A stretch of DNA of 64,000 bases from an uncultured Acidobacteriota bacterium (lineage in GTDB: Bacteria > Actinomycetota > Acidimicrobiia > Spongiisociales > ZC4RG35), in contig CAWACX010000002.1 of assembly GCA_963780755.1 (NCBI GenBank), forward strand, positions 81,426 to 145,425, written 5' to 3'. The position numbers and the translations under genes were made by a program. The notes beneath the pieces are model-generated. The model saw nothing but the letters and a program-made list of their open reading frames with translations. It did no database searches and was not told where the DNA came from. Positions 47,373-56,732 of this stretch are shown here, in pieces. Position 1 is the first letter of the stretch. Every line of letters begins with the position of its first letter.

Positions 47373-49694
47373 TCACCCCCGGAACACGTCCGGTGGAATC
47401 GGGTCCTGGAAGCGCCTACGGGCATTGAGCCCAGAGAGGTATTGGTTGGGAAAGTCGAAGTCGGCGTAGCCGAGGTCGATGGCCGCGTTCAGCGTCCAAT
47501 ATGGGTCGACCAGGTGGGGCCGAGCCAGGACGCAGAGATCCGCCCTCCCCGAGACCAGGATGTTGTGCACGTCGTCGATGCTCGACACTGCACCGACGGT
47601 CATGGTCGGGATTTGGGCTTCGTGTCGAATTCGGTCGCTGTATGGCGTCTGATAGAGGCGCCCATAATCGGGGTCGGCATCGATCGTGGTCTGGCCGGTG
47701 GAGACGTCGACGATGTCGCACCCCAGCGCCTTGAGCTCCCGTGCGAAAGCGACCGCGTCGTCACCGTCGAACCCACCGGGCACCCAGTCCGTGGCGGAGA
47801 TGCGCACCGAGATCGGCTTGTGCTCCGGCCACGCCTCCCGGACCGCAGCGAACACCTCGAGCGGAAACCTCATCCGGTTCCGGAGCGAGCCCCCGTATTC
47901 GTCCCCTCGCTGGTTGGAAAGGGGCGTCAGGAAGCTCGACAGGAGATAGCCATGGGCGAAGTGGAGCTCGAGGAGGTCGAACCCGGCCCGGTCGCCCAAC
48001 CGCGTTGCCTCGAGGTGCTGGTCGACGACCAGGTCCATGTCCTCCCGGGTCATCTCCTTGGGGATCTGGCTGTCGGGCCGGTAGGGAATCGGTGACGGCG
48101 CGATCAGGTCCCAGTTCCCGGACTCGAGCGGCTCGGAGTCGCCCTCCCACATCAGCTTGGTCGATCCCTTGCGACCGGCGTGCCCGATCTGGAGCCCGAT
48201 CCGGGAGTTGGTGTGGTCGTGGACGAAGTCGACCACTCTGGCCCAGCCATCGGCCTGTTCCTCATTCCAGATCCCGGTGCACCCCGGGCTGATCCGGGCC
48301 TCCCTGGACACACAGGTCATCTCGGTCATCACCAGCCCCGCTCCCCCCACCGCCCGGCTGCCGAGATGCACCAGGTGCCACTCATTGGGCATCCCGTCGA
48401 CCGCGGTGTATTGGTCCATCGGCGATACCACGATCCGGTTGGGAAGGATCAGGTCCCGCAGCCGGAGTGGGTGGAACATCGGGGGGATCCCGGGGTCGAT
48501 CGGTCGTGGGGAACCGTGGTCGGCGGAGGCGTACCAGGAGTCGACGCTCTCCATGTACCCGGCATCGCGGACCCGGAGGTTGTCGTAGGTGACCCGCTGG
48601 CTTCGGGTGAGCATGCTGAACACGAACTGCTCGGGGTCGAGGCTCCGGTAGCGGTCGGCTCCCTCGAACCACTCCAGGCTCGCCCTCGCCGCCCGTTGCA
48701 GGCTCTGCACCTCGGGGCGCCGCGCCCTCTCATAGGAGGCAAGAGCCTCGTGGAGCGGTGCGTCGGCGCCGAGAGCCCCGCTGAGGGAAATTGCATCCTC
48801 CATCGCCAGCTTGGTGCCGGACCCGACCGAGAAGTGAGCGGTGTGCGCGGCGTCACCGATGAGGACCACGTTCTGGTGATGCCAGCGGGCACAGGTCACG
48901 GTTGGAAAGCGAAGCCACCGCGACTTGTTGCCTATCAGGCGATGACCGCCGAGGTGGGCCGAGAACAGCTCGGTGCAGCGATCCAGGGCGAATTGATCAC
49001 TGGAGCCGGGAGGGAGCGAATCGCCTGACGTGGCGTCGAACCCGAGCGCGGCCCAGGTCTCGGGCGAGGTCTCGACGATGAAGGTGCTCCCCTCGTCGCT
49101 GTACGGATAGATGTGGGCCCAGACCATCCCGTGCGGAGTGTCGCCAAAGATGAAGTTGAACTCGGAGAACACCCGGTCTGTGCCGAACCAGATGTAGTGG
49201 TTGCGACGCTCATCAACGGTGGGGCCGACCTCGCCGGCAAGCTCACGGCGGACTATGGAGTTGGCCCCGTCGGCGCCGACGATCAGGTCGGCATGGCCCA
49301 ACGAGGCGAGGTCGGTGACCGGGGTGCCGAATTCGACGGCCACTCCCAACGTCCCGGCGCGTTCGGTCAGGATCTCGAGAAGCCGCTTGCGACTCACCGA
49401 AGAGAACCCATGTCCGCCGGACACGAAGTCCCGCCCGTCCGGGTGGTGGACCCTGATCTCCCCCCAGCGACGAAAGCCGGACACAAGAGTTGCGTAGCTC
49501 TCCTGATCTGCGGATTGGAAGTTGTCCAGTGTCTCGTCGCTGAAGACAACACCGAACCCGTAAGCGTCTCCCGGCTGATTTCGCTCCAGGACGCGGACCC
49601 GGTGCCCGGCGCTTTGTTGGGCGAGGAGAATCGACAAGTAGAGGCCGGCCGGCCCGCCGCCGACGATGAGTGTCTCCAGACCGTCCCGGCTCAT
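47373..49694 (-). CDS. bifunctional FAD-dependent aromatic-ring hydroxylase / Old-Yellow-Enzyme-type NADH:flavin oxidoreductase (salicylyl-CoA 5-hydroxylase / 2-aminobenzoyl-CoA monooxygenase-reductase architecture)
   Basis: 773 aa with N-terminal GGGPAG and GDAAHTAHFSVGSGTKLAMEDA (FAD monooxygenase). The C-terminal OYE TIM-barrel motifs are NRIVVSPM and HGYLLSSFLTPLSNQRGDEYGGS. Confidence 0.8.
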   Translation of the reverse strand: MSRDGLETLIVGGGPAGLYLSILLAQQSAGHRVRVLERNQPGDAYGFGVVFSDETLDNFQSADQESYATLVSGFRRWGEIRVHHPDGRDFVSGGHGFSSVSRKRLLEILTERAGTLGVAVEFGTPVTDLASLGHADLIVGADGANSIVRRELAGEVGPTVDERRNHYIWFGTDRVFSEFNFIFGDTPHGMVWAHIYPYSDEGSTFIVETSPETWAALGFDATSGDSLPPGSSDQFALDRCTELFSAHLGGHRLIGNKSRWLRFPTVTCARWHHQNVVLIGDAAHTAHFSVGSGTKLAMEDAISLSGALGADAPLHEALASYERARRPEVQSLQRAARASLEWFEGADRYRSLDPEQFVFSMLTRSQRVTYDNLRVRDAGYMESVDSWYASADHGSPRPIDPGIPPMFHPLRLRDLILPNRIVVSPMDQYTAVDGMPNEWHLVHLGSRAVGGAGLVMTEMTCVSREARISPGCTGIWNEEQADGWARVVDFVHDHTNSRIGLQIGHAGRKGSTKLMWEGDSEPLESGNWDLIAPSPIPYRPDSQIPKEMTREDMDLVVDQHLEATRLGDRAGFDLLELHFAHGYLLSSFLTPLSNQRGDEYGGSLRNRMRFPLEVFAAVREAWPEHKPISVRISATDWVPGGFDGDDAVAFARELKALGCDIVDVSTGQTTIDADPDYGRLYQTPYSDRIRHEAQIPTMTVGAVSSIDDVHNILVSGRADLCVLARPHLVDPYWTLNAAIDLGYADFDFPNQYLSGLNARRRFQDPIPPDVFRG

Positions 49695-49763
49695 CTCGAC
49701 CCCATAGAGCCAACGTTAGGAGGCATGGCGCCGGGTTATGGCCCGGGCGGAGAGCTCAGCGGC

Positions 49764-50540
49764 TCAGAGTTTGAGGGTTCCGAAGAAGTCGTCCCACCAT
49801 GAGCCCAGGGCATCGATGGTGCTGGAAAAGGCCCAGAGAAGGATGATGACCAGGGCCACAAGCAGGACGATGGTGGCCAGGTTCCTGACCCGGTAGAGCT
49901 GGCGCTGGGAGGAGTCCTCCATATACGAGGGCTCGACCAAGGGTGGGGTCGCCGCCGACAGGACGAATGGCTCCGGGGGCTCTGCGAATGCGGGTGCTGG
50001 AGTGGGTGAAGCCATGTTTGAGGTTACCGGTGCTTTCCACAACGTGTCGTCCGGGGCCGTTGGTTCCCCGATCGGGACCGAATCCTCGGCGGGCGATTCC
50101 GGGTCCTCGACCGGCTCCGGGACTGCCGCCACTTCCGTGGACGGTTCTGGAGGATCGGCGAGGTCCAGCTCGAAGACGGGGTAGGGATCCTCCACCCCGA
50201 CCGGTGAGCGTTCGGGCTCGTCGGACAAGGCCGGCGCCGATCCGCCCATCATGGAACCTCGGGAGTCTGCACTGAGGCTGGCCAGAGCCTGTTCCACGGT
50301 CGGGCTGGTCTCCTCGACCGGCAGTTCCAATCCGGCCTTCTCAAAGAGAGAGCGTTTGTCGATGTCGAGAACGGCGGCCAGGGCATTGACCACCCCATTG
50401 TCGGTGGGAACCGACATGTCACGCTCCCAACTCCTGATGGTCGTTGCAGAGCGGCCGACCAACTCGGCGAGCTTCGCCTGGCTCATCCCGAGCTTGTTAC
50501 GGCGGTATCGGATGGTCCTTCCAAAGGATCGTTCAGGCAT
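49764..50540 (-). CDS. XRE-type helix-turn-helix protein with Pro-rich linker and C-terminal TM anchor
   Basis: From the ATG at 50540: MPERSFGRTIRYRRNKLGMSQAKLAELVGRSATTIRSWE, then a Pro/Glu-rich spacer and the TM segment LATIVLLVALVIILLWAF. Confidence 0.7.
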   Translation of the reverse strand: MPERSFGRTIRYRRNKLGMSQAKLAELVGRSATTIRSWERDMSVPTDNGVVNALAAVLDIDKRSLFEKAGLELPVEETSPTVEQALASLSADSRGSMMGGSAPALSDEPERSPVGVEDPYPVFELDLADPPEPSTEVAAVPEPVEDPESPAEDSVPIGEPTAPDDTLWKAPVTSNMASPTPAPAFAEPPEPFVLSAATPPLVEPSYMEDSSQRQLYRVRNLATIVLLVALVIILLWAFSSTIDALGSWWDDFFGTLKL

Positions 50541-50697
50541 GTCTGGGCATCGATGGTACAAGTGGTGGCGGGATGGGCAGGGGACGTCCTACCCGCAATT
50601 AGGGTCCATCAACCCTGGGCGGCGGGCCTTTCGACCCTCTTCGGCCGCTGGGAACAGCGGTAGGTGTAGGTTCTGGACCAAGAAAAAGGAGCCTCAA

Positions 50698-51135
50698 GTG
50701 AGAAGAGCTGCATCGATCGGCGCCATCGTCCTCGGAGTCCTATTGATCGTCGGAGGGGTGACCACCTGGTTCGTGGTGGCCGACACTCTCGGAGATCAGC
50801 AGATTGTGACTTCGGACGACGCTTGCATGCCCGGACAGCCGGTCGATGATCCGTTCACCGCGTATTGCGAGGCCAAGGTCATCGAACAGCATGCCCTCGA
50901 AGCCACCGGCGGCCTCTACTACGCCGAGTTGGACCGCGAAGATCCGTTGCGGGAGACGGCAATGACCGCTTCCTTCCTTCAGGCATCGCTCTTCACCTCG
51001 GTGGTCTCCTTCGGAGTGGCCGCGATGGCGGCGCTTATGGGAGTCGTTTTCATCCTGATCGGCCTCGGCATGCGTGACGTCGAGCAGCACCTCCCGGTCG
51101 AGGTCACCCAGGCCCCGCCGGCCGAAACCGTATGA
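50698..51135 (+). CDS. hypothetical two-TM membrane protein
   Basis: The GTG at 50698 lies 6 nt after AAGGAG. The N- and C-terminal TM segments are IGAIVLGVLLIVGGVTTWFVV and VVSFGVAAMAALMGVVFILIGLG. The longer track ORF upstream is the antisense of the HTH gene. Confidence 0.55.
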   Translation: MRRAASIGAIVLGVLLIVGGVTTWFVVADTLGDQQIVTSDDACMPGQPVDDPFTAYCEAKVIEQHALEATGGLYYAELDREDPLRETAMTASFLQASLFTSVVSFGVAAMAALMGVVFILIGLGMRDVEQHLPVEVTQAPPAETV

Positions 51136-51493
51136 ACGGAGCGGCGTCCACGTAATTGCCGATATGGGCCGTCGCCTTGGCGGGCTCAACGCCCCAGTTC
51201 TCGGTCAGGGCGCGGATGAGGATGGCGGCCCGCTTCTCGGGGTTGGGCTCGGGCTCACCGACCACCGGCACATCGGCTTCGAGGCCCCGCTTCAGGTGCA
51301 GGGTGAATTCGGGGTGGGCCAGGATGTTGGCCACCCAGTCCCGCTTGAACCCGGGGCGGCCCGTCAGGTAGTACTCGCCGTCGAACTGGTGGAAGTAGAT
51401 CTCCACCCGCCGCGGCAGGCCGGTCTGGCGCCCGGTAGTGGTGATGTCGGCGATCCCACCGCGCGCCAAGGCCTCTTCGATTGAATGGTCCAT
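51104..51493 (-). CDS. nitroreductase-family deazaflavin (F420H2)-dependent oxidoreductase (second DDN-like gene)
   Basis: From the ATG at 51493: ...ITTTGRQTGLPRRVEIYFHQFDGEYYLTGRPG...WVANILAHPEFTLH. Confidence 0.65.
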   Translation of the reverse strand: MDHSIEEALARGGIADITTTGRQTGLPRRVEIYFHQFDGEYYLTGRPGFKRDWVANILAHPEFTLHLKRGLEADVPVVGEPEPNPEKRAAILIRALTENWGVEPAKATAHIGNYVDAAPFIRFRPAGPG

Positions 51494-51548
51494 GGTGTCG
51501 GGAACCCCCTTCTTCGACTCGATCTTCCCAACTCGGTAGCTTGAGCCG

Positions 51549-52769
51549 ATGGGCCAGCGCATCGAAGTGAGCTCGGTTGCCCTGGGAACGGTGGCCCTGT
51601 TCAGCACCGACCGCTCGCTGACCGGCCAGGACGGGGTCGAGCTCTTCAGAGGAGCCATTGACGGGGAGGGGCCCCCGTCGGAGCTCGCCCGACGGCTGAT
51701 CGCTGCGGACGATGGGATCGATCACGTCCACGTCCTCTCCAACACGGTCGCGGTCCGCAAGGACGTCGCCTGGGAAGAGGATGCGCTCGCCGAGGCCGCC
51801 GAGATCATCAGCGGTCTGTTCGTCTACTACCCGCCAGCCGACAGCTTCGTCTCGGCAGAGGAGGACGAGGCGCTGCGCGTGCAGCACTACAACGCGACTC
51901 TGAGCGAGATCCGGGCCCACAACGAGGACCTGTGGGTGATGATGGTCCGACCCGACCAGCCGGTCGACCCGTACCTGCCGGGGCAGTACACCACGCTCGC
52001 ACTCGGGTACTGGGAGCCACGCTCCGACGAGGCCGTCGAGGAGCTCCCGGCCGGTCAGCGGGCCAAGCTCGCCCGCCGCTCCTATTCGATCTCGAGCTCG
52101 ATGGTGGACGACGAGGGCAACCTGTTGCCGCCGCGTTGGGACGAGGTGGAGTTCTACATCGTCAAGGTGCGACCGGGTGAGGAAGAGATCCCTGCCCTGA
52201 CCCCGCGCATCTTCATGAAGGGGGTCGGCGACCGGATCTTCATGGGGCGCAAGTTCACGGGGCATTACACGTTGGAAGGGGTCAATCCAACGGACAGCGT
52301 GGTGTTCCTCAGCACCGGCACCGGTGAGGCGCCGCAGAATGCGATGAGTCGCGAGTTGTTGAGCCGCGGCCACGAAGGCCCGATCCTCAACCTGGTCTGC
52401 GTCCGCTACCGGGACGACCTGGCCTACACCAGTCAGCAAGCGATGGTCGAAGAACGCCACCCGACCTACAAGTACGTGGTCCTCACCACCCGGGAGCCGG
52501 AGAACGAGGGGAACAAGGTCTACATCCAGGACATGATCACCTCGGGCCGTCTGGAGGAGGAGCTGGGACGGCCACTCGACCCGACGAGCACACACGTGTT
52601 CCTCTGCGGCAACCCGGCGATGATCGGCCTCCCCAAATGGTCGGACGACGAGATGACCTTTCCCGGCGTGGTTGGCGTCTGCCAGTTACTCCACGAGCGG
52701 GGGTTCACCATCGACCACGGCAAGGCCCGGGGCAATGTCCATTACGAGGAGTACTGGAAGGACCGCTGA
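51549..52769 (+). CDS. ferredoxin-NADP+ reductase (plant/Fpr type) with ~110-aa N-terminal extra domain
   Basis: The FNR motifs RSYSISS, FLSTGTGEAP, VFLCGNPAMI and a C-terminal EEYW are preceded by a domain resembling an Nfu/NifU N-terminal scaffold fold (weak call). Confidence 0.8.
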   Translation: MGQRIEVSSVALGTVALFSTDRSLTGQDGVELFRGAIDGEGPPSELARRLIAADDGIDHVHVLSNTVAVRKDVAWEEDALAEAAEIISGLFVYYPPADSFVSAEEDEALRVQHYNATLSEIRAHNEDLWVMMVRPDQPVDPYLPGQYTTLALGYWEPRSDEAVEELPAGQRAKLARRSYSISSSMVDDEGNLLPPRWDEVEFYIVKVRPGEEEIPALTPRIFMKGVGDRIFMGRKFTGHYTLEGVNPTDSVVFLSTGTGEAPQNAMSRELLSRGHEGPILNLVCVRYRDDLAYTSQQAMVEERHPTYKYVVLTTREPENEGNKVYIQDMITSGRLEEELGRPLDPTSTHVFLCGNPAMIGLPKWSDDEMTFPGVVGVCQLLHERGFTIDHGKARGNVHYEEYWKDR

Positions 52770-53978
52770 ACCCAGCCAGGCGACAACCTGGTCCAGCACC
52801 TCTCGGTCGTAGAGCAGGTTGAAGTGTCGTCGCCCGCCGAGCACGCGGATCTCCGTTGCATCGACCTTGCGTCGCCTTCCCCGACCGGTCCCACTCGAAG
52901 CACGGACCATGAGATCGCCGAGCAATGCACCCAAAGGATGTTTCGGGTCCGAGGTGATGACTGCGGCGACAAAATGCTGCTCGACACCCTCCACCGGCGG
53001 GAGGTTGCTTACGGTGTCAGACAAGAGCGCGTCGGGCTCGACGCCTTGCCAATCGTCCTCGACGATGGCGCCGAAGCGGAGGTCCTTGATCCCGACGCTT
53101 CGGGCGTCGAGGAGATCGGCAAGCGGGCGGCTCTCGGGTGCGACTCGGAGCCCCCACGAAACCACGTTTGCTGCCTTTTCCAGGGGAGCGCCCAGATGGG
53201 GAGTGCCCACCGTGATCAGCTGGTCCGCGGTGTCCAGCCAGCGGTGTTGGGCGTCCTTCCCGGCATGGCACGCACTCCGGATCACGAGCCCGCCCATCGA
53301 GTGACCCACCAGAGCCATCGATTCGATAGGCACCGGCCAGGTCCGCCACACCTCTTCGAGGAGCCGGGCCAACTCCGCGCCGTTGTCGGACACCCGCCTC
53401 CCCGAGTTGAAGCGAACCATGAGCGGTGTGACTGATGGGTCTGCATCGAGTCGGTCCCACAGACCCACCTGGCCACTGCCGCCGAGCCAGCAACTTTCGG
53501 TCCGTCCCAGCCCATGGACCAGCACGACCAACCTTGGAGTGGCCGACGGGAAGCCAACGGCGAGGTCTTCGGGGGTGAGATGGACTGTCGCCCCTTCCGA
53601 GTTGCGAACTCCCATTTCGATGCGCAAGCCGTTGCCGCGTTGCTCGAGCTCGTCCCCCCAAGTCGCGTTGACCACCGCCTGCAGCCGGCTCCCCAGGGGC
53701 GATCCCGAGACCAGCTGGCCTCTGTCTCCTGCCACCATCTCGCTCAGCCCGACCGTCGTTCCCAACGCAGATCCAGTAGCCCGGATCGCTCCATAGAGCC
53801 CGGCGAGTGTGGAGTCGATCGCCTGCCTGGTTGATTTGCCGGTCGACCCGGTCCACCGCAAGGAGCGGTCGGCGATGGCCCGATGCATGCCCTCGACCGG
53901 GGTCGTCGCCCGCTCGATGGCCAGTGCCAAGAGATCGCCCAATCCGCGCAGTTCGTTGTTGGCCTCAGGTTCCCTCAA
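52686..53978 (-). CDS. alpha/beta hydrolase (lipase/PGAP1-like)
   Basis: 430 aa with the nucleophile elbow GHSMGG and LVVLVHGLG. TTG start. The 3' end overlaps the FNR gene convergently by 84 nt. Confidence 0.7.
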   Translation of the reverse strand: MREPEANNELRGLGDLLALAIERATTPVEGMHRAIADRSLRWTGSTGKSTRQAIDSTLAGLYGAIRATGSALGTTVGLSEMVAGDRGQLVSGSPLGSRLQAVVNATWGDELEQRGNGLRIEMGVRNSEGATVHLTPEDLAVGFPSATPRLVVLVHGLGRTESCWLGGSGQVGLWDRLDADPSVTPLMVRFNSGRRVSDNGAELARLLEEVWRTWPVPIESMALVGHSMGGLVIRSACHAGKDAQHRWLDTADQLITVGTPHLGAPLEKAANVVSWGLRVAPESRPLADLLDARSVGIKDLRFGAIVEDDWQGVEPDALLSDTVSNLPPVEGVEQHFVAAVITSDPKHPLGALLGDLMVRASSGTGRGRRRKVDATEIRVLGGRRHFNLLYDREVLDQVVAWLGSAVLPVLLVMDIAPGLAVVDGEPPLVE

Positions 53979-53998
53979 GCTGAGAACCGTAACGGCTG

Positions 53999-56276
53999 TT
54001 ACTGGCCGGCCCGCTCCCGGCGCTGGGCTTCCGCCACCGCGATCGCGGTCATGTTGACCACGTCGTTGACCGAGGCATCGCGCTGGAGGACGTGGACGGT
54101 CTTGGAGAGGCCGCTGAGGATGGGGCCGATCACCTCGGCGTCACCGAGGCGGTTGAGCAGCTTGTAGGAGGCGTTGGCCGCGGTCAGGTTGGGGAAGACC
54201 AGGACGTTGGCCTCACGGCCCAAGGGCCCGTCGGGCCGACGATCCTTGAGCAGCTCGGGCATCACCGCGGTGTCGGCCTGCATCTCGCCGTCGACCGGGA
54301 TGTCAGGGCGGGCGAGCCGGAACAGCTCCACCGCCCGTCGCACCCGGGCCGGCTCGCCACCTCCGGCGGAGCCGAAGTCCGAGTAGCTGATGAAAGCCAC
54401 CCGGGGGTCGCGGTCGAACTCGTTCTGGGCGGTGGTGGCGGCGGCGAGGGCGATCTCCGCCAGTTGCTCGGCGGTCGGCTCGATGTTGACCGCGCAATCG
54501 GTGAAGAAGAAGGCGGTGCCCTGGACCACGACCAGGTACACCGAGCTCACGATGGAGCGCCCCTCTTCGACCTTGAGGACCTGGAGCGCGGGGCGGATGG
54601 TGTCCGGGTAGTAGGTGTTGAGGCCGCCGAGGACGGCATCCGCCTTCCCCTCCCGCACCATGAGACAGGCGTACATGTTGGGATCGGCAGTCTGCGCCCA
54701 GGCCTCCTTGAGGGAGAGCCCGCGGTGGCGGCGTAGCTCTTCGAGGTCGGCGGCGTAACGGTTGCGCTCCGCGGTCTCGTTGACGTGGTCGATGACCTCC
54801 ATCCCATCCAGGGAGAGCCCCGACCCGTCCGCCAACGCCTCGATGCGCGCGACATCCCCGAGGAGCACCGGCCTGGCGATTCCCTCGTCGGCGACCCGTC
54901 GGGCGGCACGGATCAACCGGATGTCGTCGGCGTGGGGGTAGACCACCTTCTTCGGCTGTTCCATGGCCTTGGTGGTGATCGCGTTGATCAGGCTGTGCGA
55001 GGCCCGGAACCTGGTCTGGAGCTGGGCCCGGTACTCGTCGAAGTCCTCGATCGGCGCGCCGGCCAGGCCCTCGTCCATCGCCGCCTTGGCCACCGCGGGA
55101 GCCACGGTCCACAGGACCCTGAGGATCGAACGGCTTGGGGATCAGATAGTCGGGGCCGAACTGGAGCCGCTCCAGGTCGTACGCCCTGAGCACCGAGTCG
55201 GGGACCGGCTCTTTGGCCAGGTCAGCGAGGGCCCGGGCGGCGGCGATCTTCATCTTCTCGGAGACGGCACGAGCCCGGACGTCGAGAGCCCCTCGGAAGA
55301 TGAAAGGAAAGCCCAGCACGTTGTTCACCTGGTTCGGGTAGTCACTGCGACCGGTGGCCATGATCACGTCGTCCCGTGCGGCCCGAGCATCGGGATACGG
55401 GATCTCGGGATCGGGGTTGGCGAGGGCGAAGACGATCGGGTCGGGTGCCATCGACTGCACCATCTCCTTGGAGACCGTCCCTGCCACCGATACCCCGATC
55501 AGCGAATCAGCGCCTTCCAGGGCGTCGGCCAGAGTCCGGGCATCGGTCTGGACCGCGAACTCCCTCTTGATGTCGGTGAGATCGTCACGCTCGCTGTGGA
55601 TCACGCCCTTGGTGTCGGTCAACAGGACATTGGCCGGGTCCACGCCCAACTCGATGAAGAAGCGGGCAGAGGCGATGCCGGCGGCGCCGGCTCCGGCAAA
55701 GACCACGCGGGTCTTGGCGATGTCTCGTCCGGTGAGCTCCAACGCATTGAGGAACCCGGCGGCCCCGATGATGGCCGTCCCGTGCTGGTCGTCGTGGAAC
55801 ACCGGGATGTCGAGGCGGTCCCGAAGCGTCTCTTCGATGTAGAAGCACTCCGGTGCCTTGATGTCCTCCAGGTTGATCCCGCCCACGGTGGGGGCCAGCA
55901 TCTCGCAGAAGCGGACCACGTCGTCAGGGTCGGTAGCGTCGATCTCCAAGTCGAAGACGTCGATGTCCGCGAACCGCTTGAAGAGGACTGCCTTCCCCTC
56001 CATCACCGGCTTCCCGGCAAGGGGTCCGATGTTCCCCAGGCCGAGCACCGCAGTCCCGTTGGACACCACGGCGACCAGATTCCCCCTGTTGGTGAACTTG
56101 AACGCCGCCTCGGGGTCGTCGGCGATCACCAGGCATGGTTCGGCCACTCCCGGGGTGTAGGCCAGGCTCAGGTCCGCCTGGGTGGCGGTGGGTTTGGTGG
56201 ACCTGATCGCGATCTTTCCCGGGCGGGGGCTCGAGTGGTATTCGAGCGCCTCGGAGAAGTTCGATTTGTCGGCCAT
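53999..56276 (-). pseudogene. maeB: NADP-dependent malic enzyme (malic enzyme + PTA-like domain), apparent +1 frame change near 55121
   Basis: The N-terminal malic-enzyme part (…[12 protein letters not shown]…GAGAAGIA…LIPKPFDP) is in ORF 54303..56285. The PTA-like domain ([21 protein letters not shown]...) is in the frame of ORF 53999..55105. Confidence 0.85.
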
Positions 56277-56353
56277 GGCCACCAAACCCTACCGACTGAC
56301 CGTCGTCGCGGTCTCGCCGTTGCCCGGACGACCTGCGAGAATCAGGGGGAACG

Positions 56354-56662
56354 ATGATGACGAGCGGCCTACCCATCTTCCACGACAACGGCTACAAAGT
56401 GATGCCCGGATGGCGTGTCGGTCACTCTCCGGAGGAGTCGACCACCCGCTCCGGCCTCCTTGTCCCGATCGGGACCAAGGACGGAAACGACGCCCTCGCC
56501 CTGGTCGACGTGCAGACCGGTCAACGCTTCTGGGCGGTCCCCATGGGAGCCTGGCGCTTCATCTGGCCCTCATCGGGCAAGCCGGTGATCGCGGTGCGTG
56601 AGTCACAGATCATTGCCGAAGAGGAGTTGGAGCACGTCGGGGACGAGGGCCAATACCTCTGA
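56354..56662 (+). CDS. hypothetical protein
   Basis: 102 aa with coding-like third-position GC. No family was recognised. Confidence 0.45.
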   Translation: MMTSGLPIFHDNGYKVMPGWRVGHSPEESTTRSGLLVPIGTKDGNDALALVDVQTGQRFWAVPMGAWRFIWPSSGKPVIAVRESQIIAEEELEHVGDEGQYL

Positions 56663-56732
56663 GCGCTGCTAAATGCGCCGGCATCAGCGGGTCGACTCGG
56701 CAATCATCGGCGGCCCGCCAAGCCCACGCCTA

